DNA of 64,000 nt. It comes from Deltaproteobacteria bacterium (lineage in GTDB: Bacteria > Desulfobacterota > GWC2-55-46). Below the pieces are notes generated by a model. The model saw only the letters and a list, made by a program, of their open reading frames with translations. It did no database searches and was not told where the DNA came from. The stretch lies in assembly GCA_016234935.1 (NCBI GenBank), contig JACRNL010000010.1, forward strand, positions 95,617-159,616, given 5' to 3'. Of this stretch, positions 1 to 10,863 are shown in pieces (the stretch's first letter is position 1; each line of letters starts with the position of its first letter). The translations under genes were made by a program, and so were the position numbers.

Positions 1-29
1 TATTATTTTAAGATTAAGTAAAATCGTAA

Positions 30-1082
<1,053 letters not shown>

Positions 1083-1158
1083 CAGGCCAATAAACAATCG
1101 TCAGGCTTCGCCCCATCGCTCTTGTGTTCATTGATTATTGATTCATACGGTGCTTGCC

Positions 1159-1995
1159 ATGTCCGCTTTTCTTAAAAGACATCAGATAGTAATCGTCTCC
1201 GTCTTCCTTGTCCTCGTATCCTTGCACCTCGCGCTCACGGACAAAAAGGAGGCCGCGCGGGGAGTCCTCATAAAGGAGATCCTCAGCGCGGCGGTCTCTC
1301 CCCTTCAAAGGGGCGTGCTCACGATATACAACTCCGGCGCATCTCTGATAGACGACTACGTCTACGTCATCGGAGTTAAAGATGAAAACGACGCGCTCAA
1401 GGAAACGGTCGTGCGGCTCGGCGAGGAAAACAACAGGCTCAGGGAGGAGATACTCTTTAACGCCCGCCTAAAAGAGATGCTGCCATACGCCGACGCCGCG
1501 CCGTTTCAAGCCGCCGCCGCGCGCATTACAGCCTTCAGCATTGACGGCTGGACAAGGACCATCGTGATAAACATGGGAAGCGCCAACGGCATTAAAAAGG
1601 ACATGGCCGTAATAACGCCGGCGGGCATCGTGGGCAGGGTCATGGAGACGGGCAGAGGCGCGTCACGCGTGCTTCTCAGCACCGACCCGAGGAGCAACGT
1701 TGACATAATCGTCCAGAGGACGCGCATCAAGGGCGTAGTGGAAGGCAGCGGAGGCGCCTCGCTTTACCTGAAATACATCAGACAGCTTGAAGACGTCCAT
1801 GTGGGCGACGAGATCGTCACGTCCGGCCTGTCGGGCATCTACCCCAAAGGCCTCATGGTGGGCACGGTGGCTAAAATAGAAAAAGGCGCCGACAACTTCT
1901 TCAACGTCATCGAGGTCAAGCCCTCCGTGGACATAGGCAGACGGCTCGAAGAGGTGCTGGTGGTCACGGATACCGGCGATGCGGGTGAAGAATAA
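1159..1995 (+). CDS. mreC: Rod shape-determining protein MreC
   Basis: N-terminal TM, coiled coil, GIVGRV and VTSGLSGIYPKGL motifs; follows mreB. ATG 1159 preferred over TTG 1138. Confidence 0.93.
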   Translation: MSAFLKRHQIVIVSVFLVLVSLHLALTDKKEAARGVLIKEILSAAVSPLQRGVLTIYNSGASLIDDYVYVIGVKDENDALKETVVRLGEENNRLREEILFNARLKEMLPYADAAPFQAAAARITAFSIDGWTRTIVINMGSANGIKKDMAVITPAGIVGRVMETGRGASRVLLSTDPRSNVDIIVQRTRIKGVVEGSGGASLYLKYIRQLEDVHVGDEIVTSGLSGIYPKGLMVGTVAKIEKGADNFFNVIEVKPSVDIGRRLEEVLVVTDTGDAGEE

Positions 1996-2036
1996 AATAA
2001 CACTGCCGTGATGCGCCGCGCGTTATGCGCAGACGA

Positions 2037-2147
2037 CCTCTTCCTTATCTCCTCCCCCTTGATGGGGGAGGGTAGGGTGGGGGTGAAAAAAGCCCCTTGA
2101 AGGGGTTCAACCCCCTCACCCTACCCTCTCCCGCGAGGGGAGAGGAG
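2037..2147. repeat. Pair of REP-like elements (ccccaccctaccctcccc-loop-ggggaggag family) with an 18-bp micro-insertion at 2093-2114
   Basis: Hairpins ctccccc..gggggag and cctctccc..gggagagg; cccc ttgaa gggg ttcaa cccc at 2093-2114. Related copies at 4667-4730, 24105-24205 and 26012-26073. Confidence 0.8.
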
Positions 2148-2296
2148 AAAAAAAGATTTAAAAATTACCTAATATGGCACAGTCTAACATACAATGGCAG
2201 AGCCTGCCCCCGCATGTCTGAAGCGGGGGGTGGGGGCAGTCCTTTCACGCATCACGGTCTTTATGCGCCACATTTAACCGCAGTTCAGGCAGTAAA

Positions 2297-2782
2297 ATGA
2301 AAGAAATTCTCATATTCCCGCCCATCGTAATACTCTATCTGACGTTAAAGACGACCCTGTTCATCTCCGTCCCTCTGCCGGACGTCACGCTCCTTATCGT
2401 ATTCTACATGGGTTTCAGGAGGCCTTCCGCCGAAGGGGCCGTCATGTCGTTTGCGCTGGGTTTCCTTGAAGACGCGCTGACAGGAGGGATATTCGGCATT
2501 ACCTCCTTTTCCCTCGTATCCATATTCCTGATGGTGCATATCGTCTCCGGGAAGGTCGAATTCTCGACGCCGCTGCCGAGGGCCGGCTCCGCCGCCGTTT
2601 TATCGCTCGTCAAGTGGCTCCTCGGATACGCGGCGCTGCGCTTGTCCGGAGTAAGCATTCCATTTACCGGCAAGGCGGCATTGCAGATTATCGCAACCGG
2701 CGCCCTGGCGCCGGTTGCGATAACCCTCCTGCTGCGCCTGTCGGCTTACCTGAGCCCCCGGACGTTTGAAAGAGGTGAATAG
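2297..2782 (+). CDS. mreD: Rod shape-determining protein MreD
   Basis: Hydrophobic 161 aa protein with PD..L and LGFLED..G motifs; lies between mreC and mrdA. Confidence 0.85.
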   Translation: MKEILIFPPIVILYLTLKTTLFISVPLPDVTLLIVFYMGFRRPSAEGAVMSFALGFLEDALTGGIFGITSFSLVSIFLMVHIVSGKVEFSTPLPRAGSAAVLSLVKWLLGYAALRLSGVSIPFTGKAALQIIATGALAPVAITLLLRLSAYLSPRTFERGE

Positions 2783-2785
2783 CCT

Positions 2786-4795
2786 TTGAGCGAATACTTC
2801 AAGGATAAGGAAACATCCGCGCTCAAAAACAGGGCGGTCTATGTCGGCATATTCGTCGCCGTGGTATTCTTCACGCTGGCCGTGCGTCTGTGGTTTCTGC
2901 AGATAAAAGAGGGCGAATACTACGCTGAGCTTGCAAAGAGCAACCGCATCCGCACCGTCAAATCCCCCGCGCCGCGCGGGATGATATACGACCGCGTCGG
3001 CGTTAAACTCGTTGACAACCGCCCCGGCTTTGACCTCTACCTAGTCCCTGAGGACGTCTTGGACTGGGTAAAGACAAAGGAACAGATCAACGACATCCTC
3101 GACGTAGAGCCGGAGGCCGTCCAGGAAAAACTCGACCAGGCCGAGGACAGGCCGCCATTCCAGGCCATAAAGCTAAAAGAAGACCTCTCGTGGGAGGAGA
3201 CGGTCAGGATAGAAAGCTCCAAATTCGAGATGCCCGGCGTTATCCTTGAGGTCAGCCCCAAGAGGAATTACATCTTCGGCGAAGCGTTCTCGCACCTCAT
3301 AGGCTATCTCGGCGAGATAAACGAAAAAGAGACAAAGGAATTCAAGAACGACAAAAACTACGCCCCCGGCGACCTCATCGGCAAGTACGGCATGGAAAAA
3401 TCATTTGAGCCGGACTTGAAGGGCGTGGACGGCGCGAAGGAGATAGAAGTCGACGCGCTGGGCAGGAAGATAAAACTCGCGAACTGGACGCCGCCGTACC
3501 CGGGCAACGACATAAAGCTCACCATAGACATCAAGGCGCAGATGGCCGCGTGGGCCGCGATGGACGGCAAGGCAGGGGCCGTGGTGGCCATGGAGCCGCA
3601 GACGGGCAGGATACTGGCCATCGTGAGCGCGCCCGCGTTCGACCCGAACGCGCTCTCAAGCGGCATCTCCGCCGAGGACTGGAACGACCTTATCGAAAAC
3701 CCTCTGAACATCTTCAACAACAGGCCCATACAGGGGCTCTACCCTCCGGCGTCGACCTTCAAGCCCGTACACGCGGCGGCGGCCCTTGAGGAGAAGGTGA
3801 TTACGCCGAAAACAATGATATACTCCGGCCCGTCCTTCCGATTCGCCAACCGCGACTACCGCGACTGGCAGGAGAAGGGACACGGTATCATCAACGTCCA
3901 CAGGGCAATAGTCGAATCTTCAGACACCTTTTTCTATCAGGTGGGACTCAAGCTCGGCGTTGACAGGCTTGCCGTTTACTCAAAGAGCTTCGGCTTCGGC
4001 CGGAAGACCGGCATACAGCTTCCAAATGAAAAGCCCGGCGTCGTGCCGTCGACCGCGTGGAAAAGGGCCGCGCTGAAGACGCGCTGGTATGACGGCGAGA
4101 CTATCTCGGCTTCGGTCGGACAGGGCTATATGCTGGCAACGCCGCTGCAGCTCGCGTCGGCCTATGCCGCCATAGCCTCCGGCGGCACGATCTACGCGCC
4201 GCAGCTCGTCGAAGAGATAAGGTCCCCGATGGGGACGCTCTTGAAACAGTTCGTCCCGCGGCAAACGGGCAGACTGGCCATATCCGAAGAGACCCTCGGC
4301 GAGGTAAAGGACGCCCTGGAAGGCGTTGTCAATGAAGACGGCGGCACCGCGCGCTTTCTGAGCTATGCAAATCTGAAGATAGCCGGCAAGACAGGCACGG
4401 CGCAGGTGACCAAGCTCATCAAGCGGGAAAGGAACGTCTTGAAGATACCTTACGAATACCGCGACCACGCGTGGTTCGCGGGCTACGCGCCGTATGACGA
4501 TCCGAAGATAGCGGTGGCCGTAATAGTCGAGCACGGCGGCTTCGGCGCGAGTTCCGCGGCGCCGGTCGCCAGAGATATCTTCAAGGCATTCCTCGGCGCG
4601 GACGACAAAGACGCCGGCCAAAAACCCGGACTGACGCCGGACAGGGACATTTTACAGACACGGGAACCCCCCACCCTACCCTCCCCAGCGAGGGGGGTTG
4701 AACCCCTTCAAGGGGAGGAGAAATGGAAGGAGTCATCTGAAACAAAAAAACCGCCGGAAAAACCGGAAGAAAACGGAGACGGGATAAGTGATTGA
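2786..4795 (+). CDS. mrdA: Penicillin-binding protein 2; C-terminal tail partly encoded by a REP element
   Basis: SxxK (STFK), SSD and KTG motifs, N-terminal TM and the mre operon context. Confidence 0.95.
   Translation: MSEYFKDKETSALKNRAVYVGIFVAVVFFTLAVRLWFLQIKEGEYYAELAKSNRIRTVKSPAPRGMIYDRVGVKLVDNRPGFDLYLVPEDVLDWVKTKEQINDILDVEPEAVQEKLDQAEDRPPFQAIKLKEDLSWEETVRIESSKFEMPGVILEVSPKRNYIFGEAFSHLIGYLGEINEKETKEFKNDKNYAPGDLIGKYGMEKSFEPDLKGVDGAKEIEVDALGRKIKLANWTPPYPGNDIKLTIDIKAQMAAWAAMDGKAGAVVAMEPQTGRILAIVSAPAFDPNALSSGISAEDWNDLIENPLNIFNNRPIQGLYPPASTFKPVHAAAALEEKVITPKTMIYSGPSFRFANRDYRDWQEKGHGIINVHRAIVESSDTFFYQVGLKLGVDRLAVYSKSFGFGRKTGIQLPNEKPGVVPSTAWKRAALKTRWYDGETISASVGQGYMLATPLQLASAYAAIASGGTIYAPQLVEEIRSPMGTLLKQFVPRQTGRLAISEETLGEVKDALEGVVNEDGGTARFLSYANLKIAGKTGTAQVTKLIKRERNVLKIPYEYRDHAWFAGYAPYDDPKIAVAVIVEHGGFGASSAAPVARDIFKAFLGADDKDAGQKPGLTPDRDILQTREPPTLPSPARGVEPLQGEEKWKESSETKKPPEKPEENGDGISD
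4667..4730. repeat. REP-like element inside the mrdA 3' end, carrying an 18-bp micro-insertion (4694-4715)
   Basis: ccccccaccctaccctcccc...gggg ttgaa cccc ttcaa gggg aggagaaatggaagg, translated as PPTLPSPARGVEPLQGEEKWK. Confidence 0.85.
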
Positions 4796-5879
4796 CAGAC
4801 GGTCATTCGTGCATTTCGACTGGGTAACTTTTTTCGTGACCATAGCGCTCACGCTCATCGGGCTTGCCAGCGTCTACAGCGCCATCCACGCGCGCTCGCC
4901 ATCCATCTCCTACAAGGAGATATACTGGATAGTCATCGGACTTGCGCTGCTCATGGCCGCCGTCATTATGAATTACACCCTCCTTGAGAGGTTTGCCTAC
5001 TTCATATACGGCGCGTCCCTCCTCCTCCTTGTAATGGTCTTTGCCGTCGGCCACTCCGCCGCCGGAGCGAAAAGATGGCTGCACCTCGGATTTTTCACAG
5101 TCCAGCCGTCAGAGATGGCAAAGCTCGCCCTCGTCGTCACGCTGGCAAAATACTTCAGTTCAAAGGCAACCCCGCACGGAGGGCTTTCGCTTAAAGACCT
5201 TATCGTCCCCGGCCTCATCATGCTCGCGCCTTTCGCCCTTGTCGCCAAGCAGCCGGACCTCGGCACGGCAATAATCCTATGGATGATATTCTGGTCAATG
5301 GCGCTCGTCGTGAAGATACGGGTGAAGGTGCTTGCCGGCCTGTTCATAGCCGGGGCGGCCATGACGCCGTTCATGTGGAAGGCGCTGAAGGGCTATCAAA
5401 AGGCGCGCCTGACGAGCTTTCTCGACCCAAGGCTCGACCCCAAGGGCACGGGCTACCACATCATGCAGTCGAAGATAGCCATCGGCTCCGGCGGCTTCAC
5501 CGGAAAGGGCTACCTGCACGGCACGCAGGGAAAGCTCATGTTCCTGCCTGAGCACCACACGGACTTCATCTTCGCCGCCCTTGCCGAAGAATGGGGCGCG
5601 ATAGGATCTCTTGCAGTCATACTGCTGTTCGCCGTGCTCATACTCAGCGGCCTCAACACGGCCGGGACATCAAAAGACAGGTTCGGCTTCCTGCTGGCCT
5701 TCGGCCTGACGGCCATGCTCTTCTGGCACGCGGCCATAAACCTCGGCATGGTGTCCGGGCTTCTGCCGGTTGTCGGCGTGCCGCTCCCGTTCATCAGCTA
5801 CGGAGGATCGTTCCTCATCACATCCCTGACAGCGGTGGGCATTCTTATAAGCATACGGATGAGACGGTTCATGTTTTAA
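4788..5879 (+). CDS. rodA: SEDS peptidoglycan polymerase RodA
   Basis: QPSE.AK, QPDLGTA, LPEHHTDFIF and PLPFISYGGS motifs. Confidence 0.95.
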   Translation: MIDRRSFVHFDWVTFFVTIALTLIGLASVYSAIHARSPSISYKEIYWIVIGLALLMAAVIMNYTLLERFAYFIYGASLLLLVMVFAVGHSAAGAKRWLHLGFFTVQPSEMAKLALVVTLAKYFSSKATPHGGLSLKDLIVPGLIMLAPFALVAKQPDLGTAIILWMIFWSMALVVKIRVKVLAGLFIAGAAMTPFMWKALKGYQKARLTSFLDPRLDPKGTGYHIMQSKIAIGSGGFTGKGYLHGTQGKLMFLPEHHTDFIFAALAEEWGAIGSLAVILLFAVLILSGLNTAGTSKDRFGFLLAFGLTAMLFWHAAINLGMVSGLLPVVGVPLPFISYGGSFLITSLTAVGILISIRMRRFMF

Positions 5880-5880
5880 C

Positions 5881-6336
5881 ATGAAAAAAATAGTCACCTT
5901 CATTGCAACGGGCGCGTGGTTCGGATACTCGCCTTATGCGCCCGGAACTGTCGGCACGCTCTGGGGCGCGACCATAGTTTTTTTAACGGCCTCCTGGCCG
6001 CTTTACGCAAAGGCGGCAACAATAGCGGCATCTTTTGCCGTAAGCGTCATTGCCGCCGGGCAGGCGGAAAAGTTCTTTGCCGGTAAAGACCCGTCGCAGA
6101 TAGTATGCGATGAGGTCTGCGGCTTTCTCGCCGCGTTCTTCCTGATTCCTTTTACTGTCTTTAATTTAATATTGGTCTTTATTCTTTTCAGGTTTTTTGA
6201 TATTGTAAAACCCTATCCAATCAATTCCATTGACAAAAGGCTCGGCGGGGGCCTGGGCATAACGCTTGACGACGTTATGGCGGGCGTCTATGCCAACCTC
6301 ACGGCGCACATGATCATAACGGTTCTCAGCAGATAA
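5881..6336 (+). CDS. pgpA: Phosphatidylglycerophosphatase A
   Basis: APGT.GT, DPSQIVCDEV.G, FRFFDIVKP.PI and GITLDD..AG motifs. Confidence 0.93.
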   Translation: MKKIVTFIATGAWFGYSPYAPGTVGTLWGATIVFLTASWPLYAKAATIAASFAVSVIAAGQAEKFFAGKDPSQIVCDEVCGFLAAFFLIPFTVFNLILVFILFRFFDIVKPYPINSIDKRLGGGLGITLDDVMAGVYANLTAHMIITVLSR

Positions 6337-6344
6337 AGGTTTTT

Positions 6345-6836
6345 ATGAAGATAAAGCCGGGCGAGTCCCTCAAGCGGGTTATTGAAAGATGCCGCAGGCA
6401 TATGACCATCGCGGTTGCCGAATCCTGCACAGGCGGCCTTGTTTCAAATCTCATCACCGACGTTTCAGGAAGCTCAGGTTACTTCATCGGCGGCGTAGTC
6501 GCGTACAGCAACGACGTCAAAAAGGATATGCTCGGCGTAAAGGCCGCCACTCTTAAAAGGCACGGGGCGGTATCCGTCGAAACCGCGGCAGAGATGGCGC
6601 GCGGCGTCAGGAAAAGGTTTCGCAGCCGCATAGGCGTTTCAACAACCGGCATAGCCGGGCCGACCGGAGGGAGCGCGCAAAAACCCGTCGGCACGGTCTG
6701 CATCGCCGTATGCGCGAGGGGAAAGACCGCCGCGAGGCAGTTTCTCTTTAAAGGCAGCCGCTCTGCCGTAAAAAAACAGTCCGCGCTGGCCGCCTTGAAG
6801 ATGCTTGAGGAGGTCTTGGACAGGAGGGCAGTTTAA
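6345..6836 (+). CDS. cinA: CinA C-terminal domain / NMN amidohydrolase (PncC)
   Basis: AESCTGG, GAVS.ETA.EMA.G and TGIAGP.GG motifs. Confidence 0.9.
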   Translation: MKIKPGESLKRVIERCRRHMTIAVAESCTGGLVSNLITDVSGSSGYFIGGVVAYSNDVKKDMLGVKAATLKRHGAVSVETAAEMARGVRKRFRSRIGVSTTGIAGPTGGSAQKPVGTVCIAVCARGKTAARQFLFKGSRSAVKKQSALAALKMLEEVLDRRAV

Positions 6837-7398
6837 TATCGCTATCAGGGCATTCATAGCCATAGAGCTTCCCGAAAAGCTCATTGCCGCGCTTAACGCA
6901 ATCGAGACGGAGCTGAAGGGAAAATGCGGTCTCACGAAAGGCTGGGTAAGACCGGAAAGCATCCACCTTACCGTGAAGTTCCTTGGCGACGTTGACGAAA
7001 AAAAATTACCGGAGATAGCCGCGGCGCTTAAAAACTCAGCAAGCGGCTGCGGACCTTTTACCCTTACCGCCGCAGGCTATGGCGGCTTTCCCGGCCTGCG
7101 CGCTCCGCGCGTCCTGTGGATGGGAGTCAAAGACAGCCCTGAGCTTCAAAGGCTTCAGCAAAATATCGAAGACAGGCTCGGCGCCATCGGCATTGCAAAG
7201 GAAAACCGCCAGTTCAGCGCGCACCTGACATTCCTGAGGATAAAAAGCCCTGCGGACGGCAGAATTGCAGGCGCCGCCGCTGAAAACCTGAAACATGAGA
7301 TAAGTATGGACTTTTATGTGGATTCTTTTGTATTATTTAAAAGCACATTAAGCCCCAAAGGTGCGCGGCACGATATTGTCGAACGCATAAAGCTCTAA
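6805..7398 (+). CDS. thpR: RNA 2',3'-cyclic phosphodiesterase (2H family); start uncertain
   Basis: RAFIAI and two HxT motifs (HLTVKFLG, HLTF); cinA-thpR-recA context. Confidence 0.88.
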   Translation: MRRSWTGGQFNIAIRAFIAIELPEKLIAALNAIETELKGKCGLTKGWVRPESIHLTVKFLGDVDEKKLPEIAAALKNSASGCGPFTLTAAGYGGFPGLRAPRVLWMGVKDSPELQRLQQNIEDRLGAIGIAKENRQFSAHLTFLRIKSPADGRIAGAAAENLKHEISMDFYVDSFVLFKSTLSPKGARHDIVERIKL

Positions 7399-7443
7399 AA
7401 TGGGCACGGCACGATATCATCGAACGCATAAAAAGCTCTAAAA
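7366..7443 (+). repeat. Imperfect tandem duplication of the thpR 3' end
   Basis: cggcacgatattgtcgaacgcataaagctctaaaa (7366-7400) versus cggcacgatatcatcgaacgcataaaaagctctaaaa (7407-7443). Confidence 0.85.
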
Positions 7444-7585
7444 CGTGCTTATTCCGGAATCCGCCGCATACAATAAATAATATACGCCGTAAAATGCAGG
7501 CTTTCCCCTGACAGTTTTTAACGCACGCGCTTGCCGGGGAGATACAGCCGCAAAACTAATATCACCACTTAAGGGAGGCTTAAAA

Positions 7586-8656
7586 ATGGCAAACATTCCA
7601 TCGTCGTCTTCCGGCAAGGGCAAGGCCGCTGCCGAGGCCGCCGCTGAGACGGCGCAGACAAACAGGAGCAAGGCAATCGAACTGGCCATAAGCCAGATAG
7701 AAAAGCAGTTTGGGAAGGGATCGATAATGCGCCTTGGCAAGGACGGCGTCATGGCGGATGTCGAGACCATATCAACCGGCAGTCCGGCCCTTAACATCGC
7801 CCTGGGCATCGGCGGCGTCCCCAGAGGCAGGGTCGTGGAGATATTCGGCCCGGAATCATCCGGCAAGACCACACTCACCCTCCACATAGCCGCCCAGGCG
7901 CAAAAGACGGGCGGCGCGGTGGCCTTCATAGACGCAGAACACGCCCTTGACATGGCCTACGCCAAGAAGCTCGGCGTAAACACGGACGACCTCCTTTTAT
8001 CACAGCCCGACACGGGGGAGCAGGCCCTTGAGATAGCCGACCTCCTCATAAGAAGCAACGCGGTAGACCTCATCATCATAGACTCCGTCGCGGCCCTCGT
8101 CCCGCGGGCGGAGCTCGAAGGGGACATGGGGGACTCGCACATGGGCCTTCAGGCGCGCCTCATGAGCCAGGCGCTCCGCAAGCTCACATCCACCATAAGC
8201 AAAAGCAAGACCTGCATGATATTCATCAACCAGATACGCCACAAGATAGGCGTCATGTACGGAAGCCCGGAGACGACCACCGGCGGGAACGCCCTTAAAT
8301 TCTACGCCTCGCTGCGCCTCGACATAAGGAAGACCGGGCAGATCAAGCAGGGCGAGACGGTCATAGGCAACAGGGTCCGCGTGAAGGTCGTAAAGAACAA
8401 GCTCGCCCCGCCCTTCAGGGACGCGGAGTTCGACATAATCTTCAGCGAAGGCATCTCCAGGGAAGGCGACCTCATAGACCTCGCGTCGAGCGTTGACATC
8501 GTCGAAAAGAGCGGCGCATGGTTTTCCTACAACGGCGAAAGGCTCGGACAGGGCCGGGAGGCCGCAAGGGCGTTCTTAAAGGAGCACCCTGAAACGGCCA
8601 TTGAAATAGAAGACAAAATAACCAGGCATTACGGCGTAAAAACAAAAGAGGAGTGA
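7586..8656 (+). CDS. recA: Recombinase RecA
   Basis: [24 protein letters not shown] and GGNALKFY motifs. Confidence 0.99.
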   Translation: MANIPSSSSGKGKAAAEAAAETAQTNRSKAIELAISQIEKQFGKGSIMRLGKDGVMADVETISTGSPALNIALGIGGVPRGRVVEIFGPESSGKTTLTLHIAAQAQKTGGAVAFIDAEHALDMAYAKKLGVNTDDLLLSQPDTGEQALEIADLLIRSNAVDLIIIDSVAALVPRAELEGDMGDSHMGLQARLMSQALRKLTSTISKSKTCMIFINQIRHKIGVMYGSPETTTGGNALKFYASLRLDIRKTGQIKQGETVIGNRVRVKVVKNKLAPPFRDAEFDIIFSEGISREGDLIDLASSVDIVEKSGAWFSYNGERLGQGREAARAFLKEHPETAIEIEDKITRHYGVKTKEE

Positions 8657-8663
8657 CACTGCC

Positions 8664-9827
8664 ATGTCAGAAATAGACTTAACATCCATACTCAACGTTG
8701 CCGTCAAGAGCAAGGCCTCGGACATACATCTTAAGGCGGGCGTTCCTCCCATACTGCGCATCTACGGCAGCCTCGTGCCCGTAAAAAACCACGACAGGCT
8801 CGTTCCCGATGAAATAACCAAGATGGCCTTCAAGATCATGAACGAGCAGCAGAAGGAGAGCTTCAGGGGCAATCACCAGCTTGACATGGCATACAGCGTC
8901 CCCGGCCTCGGCAGGTTCAGGATAAACGTCTTCCAGCAAAGAGGCGCGGTGGGCGTTGTCCTCAGGGTCATCCCCATGAAGATAATGACCTTCGAGGAAT
9001 TAAACCTCCCCAAGGTGCTTGACAGGATCGCCGAAGAGCAAAGGGGCCTCGTGCTCGTAACCGGAGTCACCGGAAGCGGCAAATCAACCACCCTGGCGTC
9101 GGTCATTGACCGCATAAACAACTCAAGGAGCGCGCACATAGTCTCCATCGAGGACCCGATAGAATATCTGCACAGGGACAAGCGCTGCATCATAAACCAG
9201 CGCGAGATCGGCGTGGACGCAAAGGGCTTTTCAGAGGCCCTGCGCGGGGCCCTGCGCCAGGACCCGGACATCATCATGGTCGGCGAGATGAGGGACATGG
9301 AGACGGTTGAAATAGCCCTCACGGCCGCCGAGACCGGACATCTCGTCCTTTCAACCCTTCACACCATAGACGCCACTGAAACGATAAACAGGATAGTATC
9401 GGTATTCCCTCCTTACCAGCAGAAGCAGATAAGGATACAGCTTGCCGGCGTAATCAAAGGGATAATCTCCCAGAGGCTCATGCCGACCAAAGACGGCAAA
9501 GGCCGCGTTCCGGCCGTCGAGGTCCTGGTCACCACCTCGCGCATAAGGGAGTGCATCGAGGACAAGGAAAAGACAAAAGACATAACCGACGCCATCTACA
9601 AGGGATACACCACCTACGGCATGCAGACATTCGACCAGTCCATACTCTCCATCATGAACAAAGGCCTCATCACCTACGACGAGGCTATGAAGCAGGCTAC
9701 CAACCCGCTTGACTTCGAGTTGAAGGTAAAGGGCATCACGAGCACGAGCGACATGGGCATAGACGTAGGAGAGCCGGCTCAGGGCAAAGGGGATTCCGGC
9801 GCCGGCGGTGGAATAGACCGTTTTTAA
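8664..9827 (+). CDS. pilT: PilT/PilU-family type IV pilus retraction ATPase
   Basis: ASDIHL, Walker A GVTGSGKST, IEDPIE, LRQDPD and AAETGHLVLSTLH; recA-pilT-recX order. Confidence 0.88.
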   Translation: MSEIDLTSILNVAVKSKASDIHLKAGVPPILRIYGSLVPVKNHDRLVPDEITKMAFKIMNEQQKESFRGNHQLDMAYSVPGLGRFRINVFQQRGAVGVVLRVIPMKIMTFEELNLPKVLDRIAEEQRGLVLVTGVTGSGKSTTLASVIDRINNSRSAHIVSIEDPIEYLHRDKRCIINQREIGVDAKGFSEALRGALRQDPDIIMVGEMRDMETVEIALTAAETGHLVLSTLHTIDATETINRIVSVFPPYQQKQIRIQLAGVIKGIISQRLMPTKDGKGRVPAVEVLVTTSRIRECIEDKEKTKDITDAIYKGYTTYGMQTFDQSILSIMNKGLITYDEAMKQATNPLDFELKVKGITSTSDMGIDVGEPAQGKGDSGAGGGIDRF

Positions 9828-9836
9828 GCGGGCCAT

Positions 9837-10442
9837 ATGCCTGGACAAAAACGCGGCAGATTAAGGAGAGGCGCGCCTGACGCGCGCTTATCGGCGCAGG
9901 CGGATAAAACAGCCCCTGAGATGGAAATGGAAACGGAAACCGGCGCAAGCGCCGCCCTGACCATGGCCATGCGGTTTATCTCTTACAGACCCAGATCCGT
10001 AAAAGAAACCGCTCAAAAGCTTACTGACAGCGGCTTTTCCGGCGACGCCATAGAAGACACCATAAACCGCCTTAAAAGCGCGGGCTGTCTGGACGATGAG
10101 AGGTTCGCGCGCGAGCTTGCCGGCTCGAGGATAAGGAACAAAAACTGGGGCCTTAAAAGAGTGGCCCTTGACCTGCGCTCCAAAGGCATCTCCGATGAGA
10201 TAATCCACGCCGCGCTCTCAAACATTGACGCATCGGCTGACGCTGAAACCGCGGCGCGCGCCCTTGAAAAATGGACAAGAAAAACAGGCGTAAAATTCCC
10301 CCGTGACGGAGTTCAACCCCCTGAGGGGGCTCAGCCCCTTGAAAAAAAAGCATTCGAGAAGGCATTCCGTCACCTTGCCGCAAGGGGTTTTTCCGCCCAT
10401 GTCATAATGGGGCTGCTTAAAAGAGGCGGGCAAGAAGATTAA
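9837..10442 (+). CDS. recX: Regulatory protein RecX with a 36-bp in-frame micro-insertion
   Basis: RPRS..E, LDDERFA, G..R...L..KGI and L..RGF motifs. The start may be a later ATG. Confidence 0.88.
   Translation: MPGQKRGRLRRGAPDARLSAQADKTAPEMEMETETGASAALTMAMRFISYRPRSVKETAQKLTDSGFSGDAIEDTINRLKSAGCLDDERFARELAGSRIRNKNWGLKRVALDLRSKGISDEIIHAALSNIDASADAETAARALEKWTRKTGVKFPRDGVQPPEGAQPLEKKAFEKAFRHLAARGFSAHVIMGLLKRGGQED
10299..10338. repeat. Two tandem 18-bp micro-insertion units in recX
   Basis: cccc gtgac ggag ttcaa cccc ctgag gggg ctcag cccc. Removing 36 bp restores KFPLEKK. Confidence 0.85.
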
Positions 10443-10460
10443 CACGAAATTGCGGCTTAA

Positions 10461-10492
10461 TGTGCTGTCAGGAGTTTCCTCCTGACAGCACA
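10461..10492. repeat. Perfect palindrome (REP-like or terminator)
   Basis: tgtgctgtcaggag tttc ctcctgacagcaca. Confidence 0.7.
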
Positions 10493-10577
10493 ACAAAAAA
10501 TGAAAGAAAAGGCGGACAGACAACAGGACAAGGCAGACTTAAGATACTTAAGGAAAATGAAAAATGAGAGAAGGTAA
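10493..10577 (+). pseudogene. C-terminal remnant of a nucleotidyltransferase-like gene
   Basis: Reads ..MKEKADRQQDKADLRYLRKMKNERR*, resembling the K..xxR.QD..D...L tail of small nucleotidyltransferases. No N-terminal part upstream. Confidence 0.5.
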
Positions 10578-10740
10578 AACACAGGGCTTTGACTACTATT
10601 TAAGCAAAGAGGCAATCGAGCGGTATAGGGAGAAGCCCCCTGAACTCAGGCTTAAATGGCTGTATATGGGAAACGTCTTGCGTAAGAGTTACAGTAAGGA
10701 ACTTATTGAGACTCAGAATAAATTCAGGGAAGGGAAGTAA
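10564..10740 (+). CDS. Small 58-aa protein absent from the ORF track; possible antitoxin/partner
   Basis: MREGKTQGFDYYLSKEAIERYREKPPELRLKWLYMGNVLRKSYSKELIETQNKFREGK*. Overlaps the upstream remnant and has an AGGA upstream. Confidence 0.65.
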   Translation: MREGKTQGFDYYLSKEAIERYREKPPELRLKWLYMGNVLRKSYSKELIETQNKFREGK

Positions 10741-10780
10741 ACAGATTTATGGCAACGGGATTGACCGGTGGCGATACACT

Positions 10781-10831
10781 GGACGCTGGAGCGTCCCCGG
10801 ATGCGTTCCCACGCTGGAGCGTGGGAACGAT
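10781..10831 (+). repeat. REP-like doublet (cgttcccacgctggagcgtgggaacg family)
   Basis: ggacgctggagcgtcc plus gcgttcccacgctggagcgtgggaacgat. Other copies at 14990-15040, 17061-17111 and 20966-20995. Confidence 0.85.
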
Positions 10832-10863
10832 AAGCTGCTTAAAGGCGGCGACAGGAGGTTTTT

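Noticed and set aside
2097-2300. Short ORFs 2097..2300, 26029..26265, 20658..21131 and 50165..50350
   Set aside because: They consist largely of palindromic repeat sequence with no recognisable protein features.
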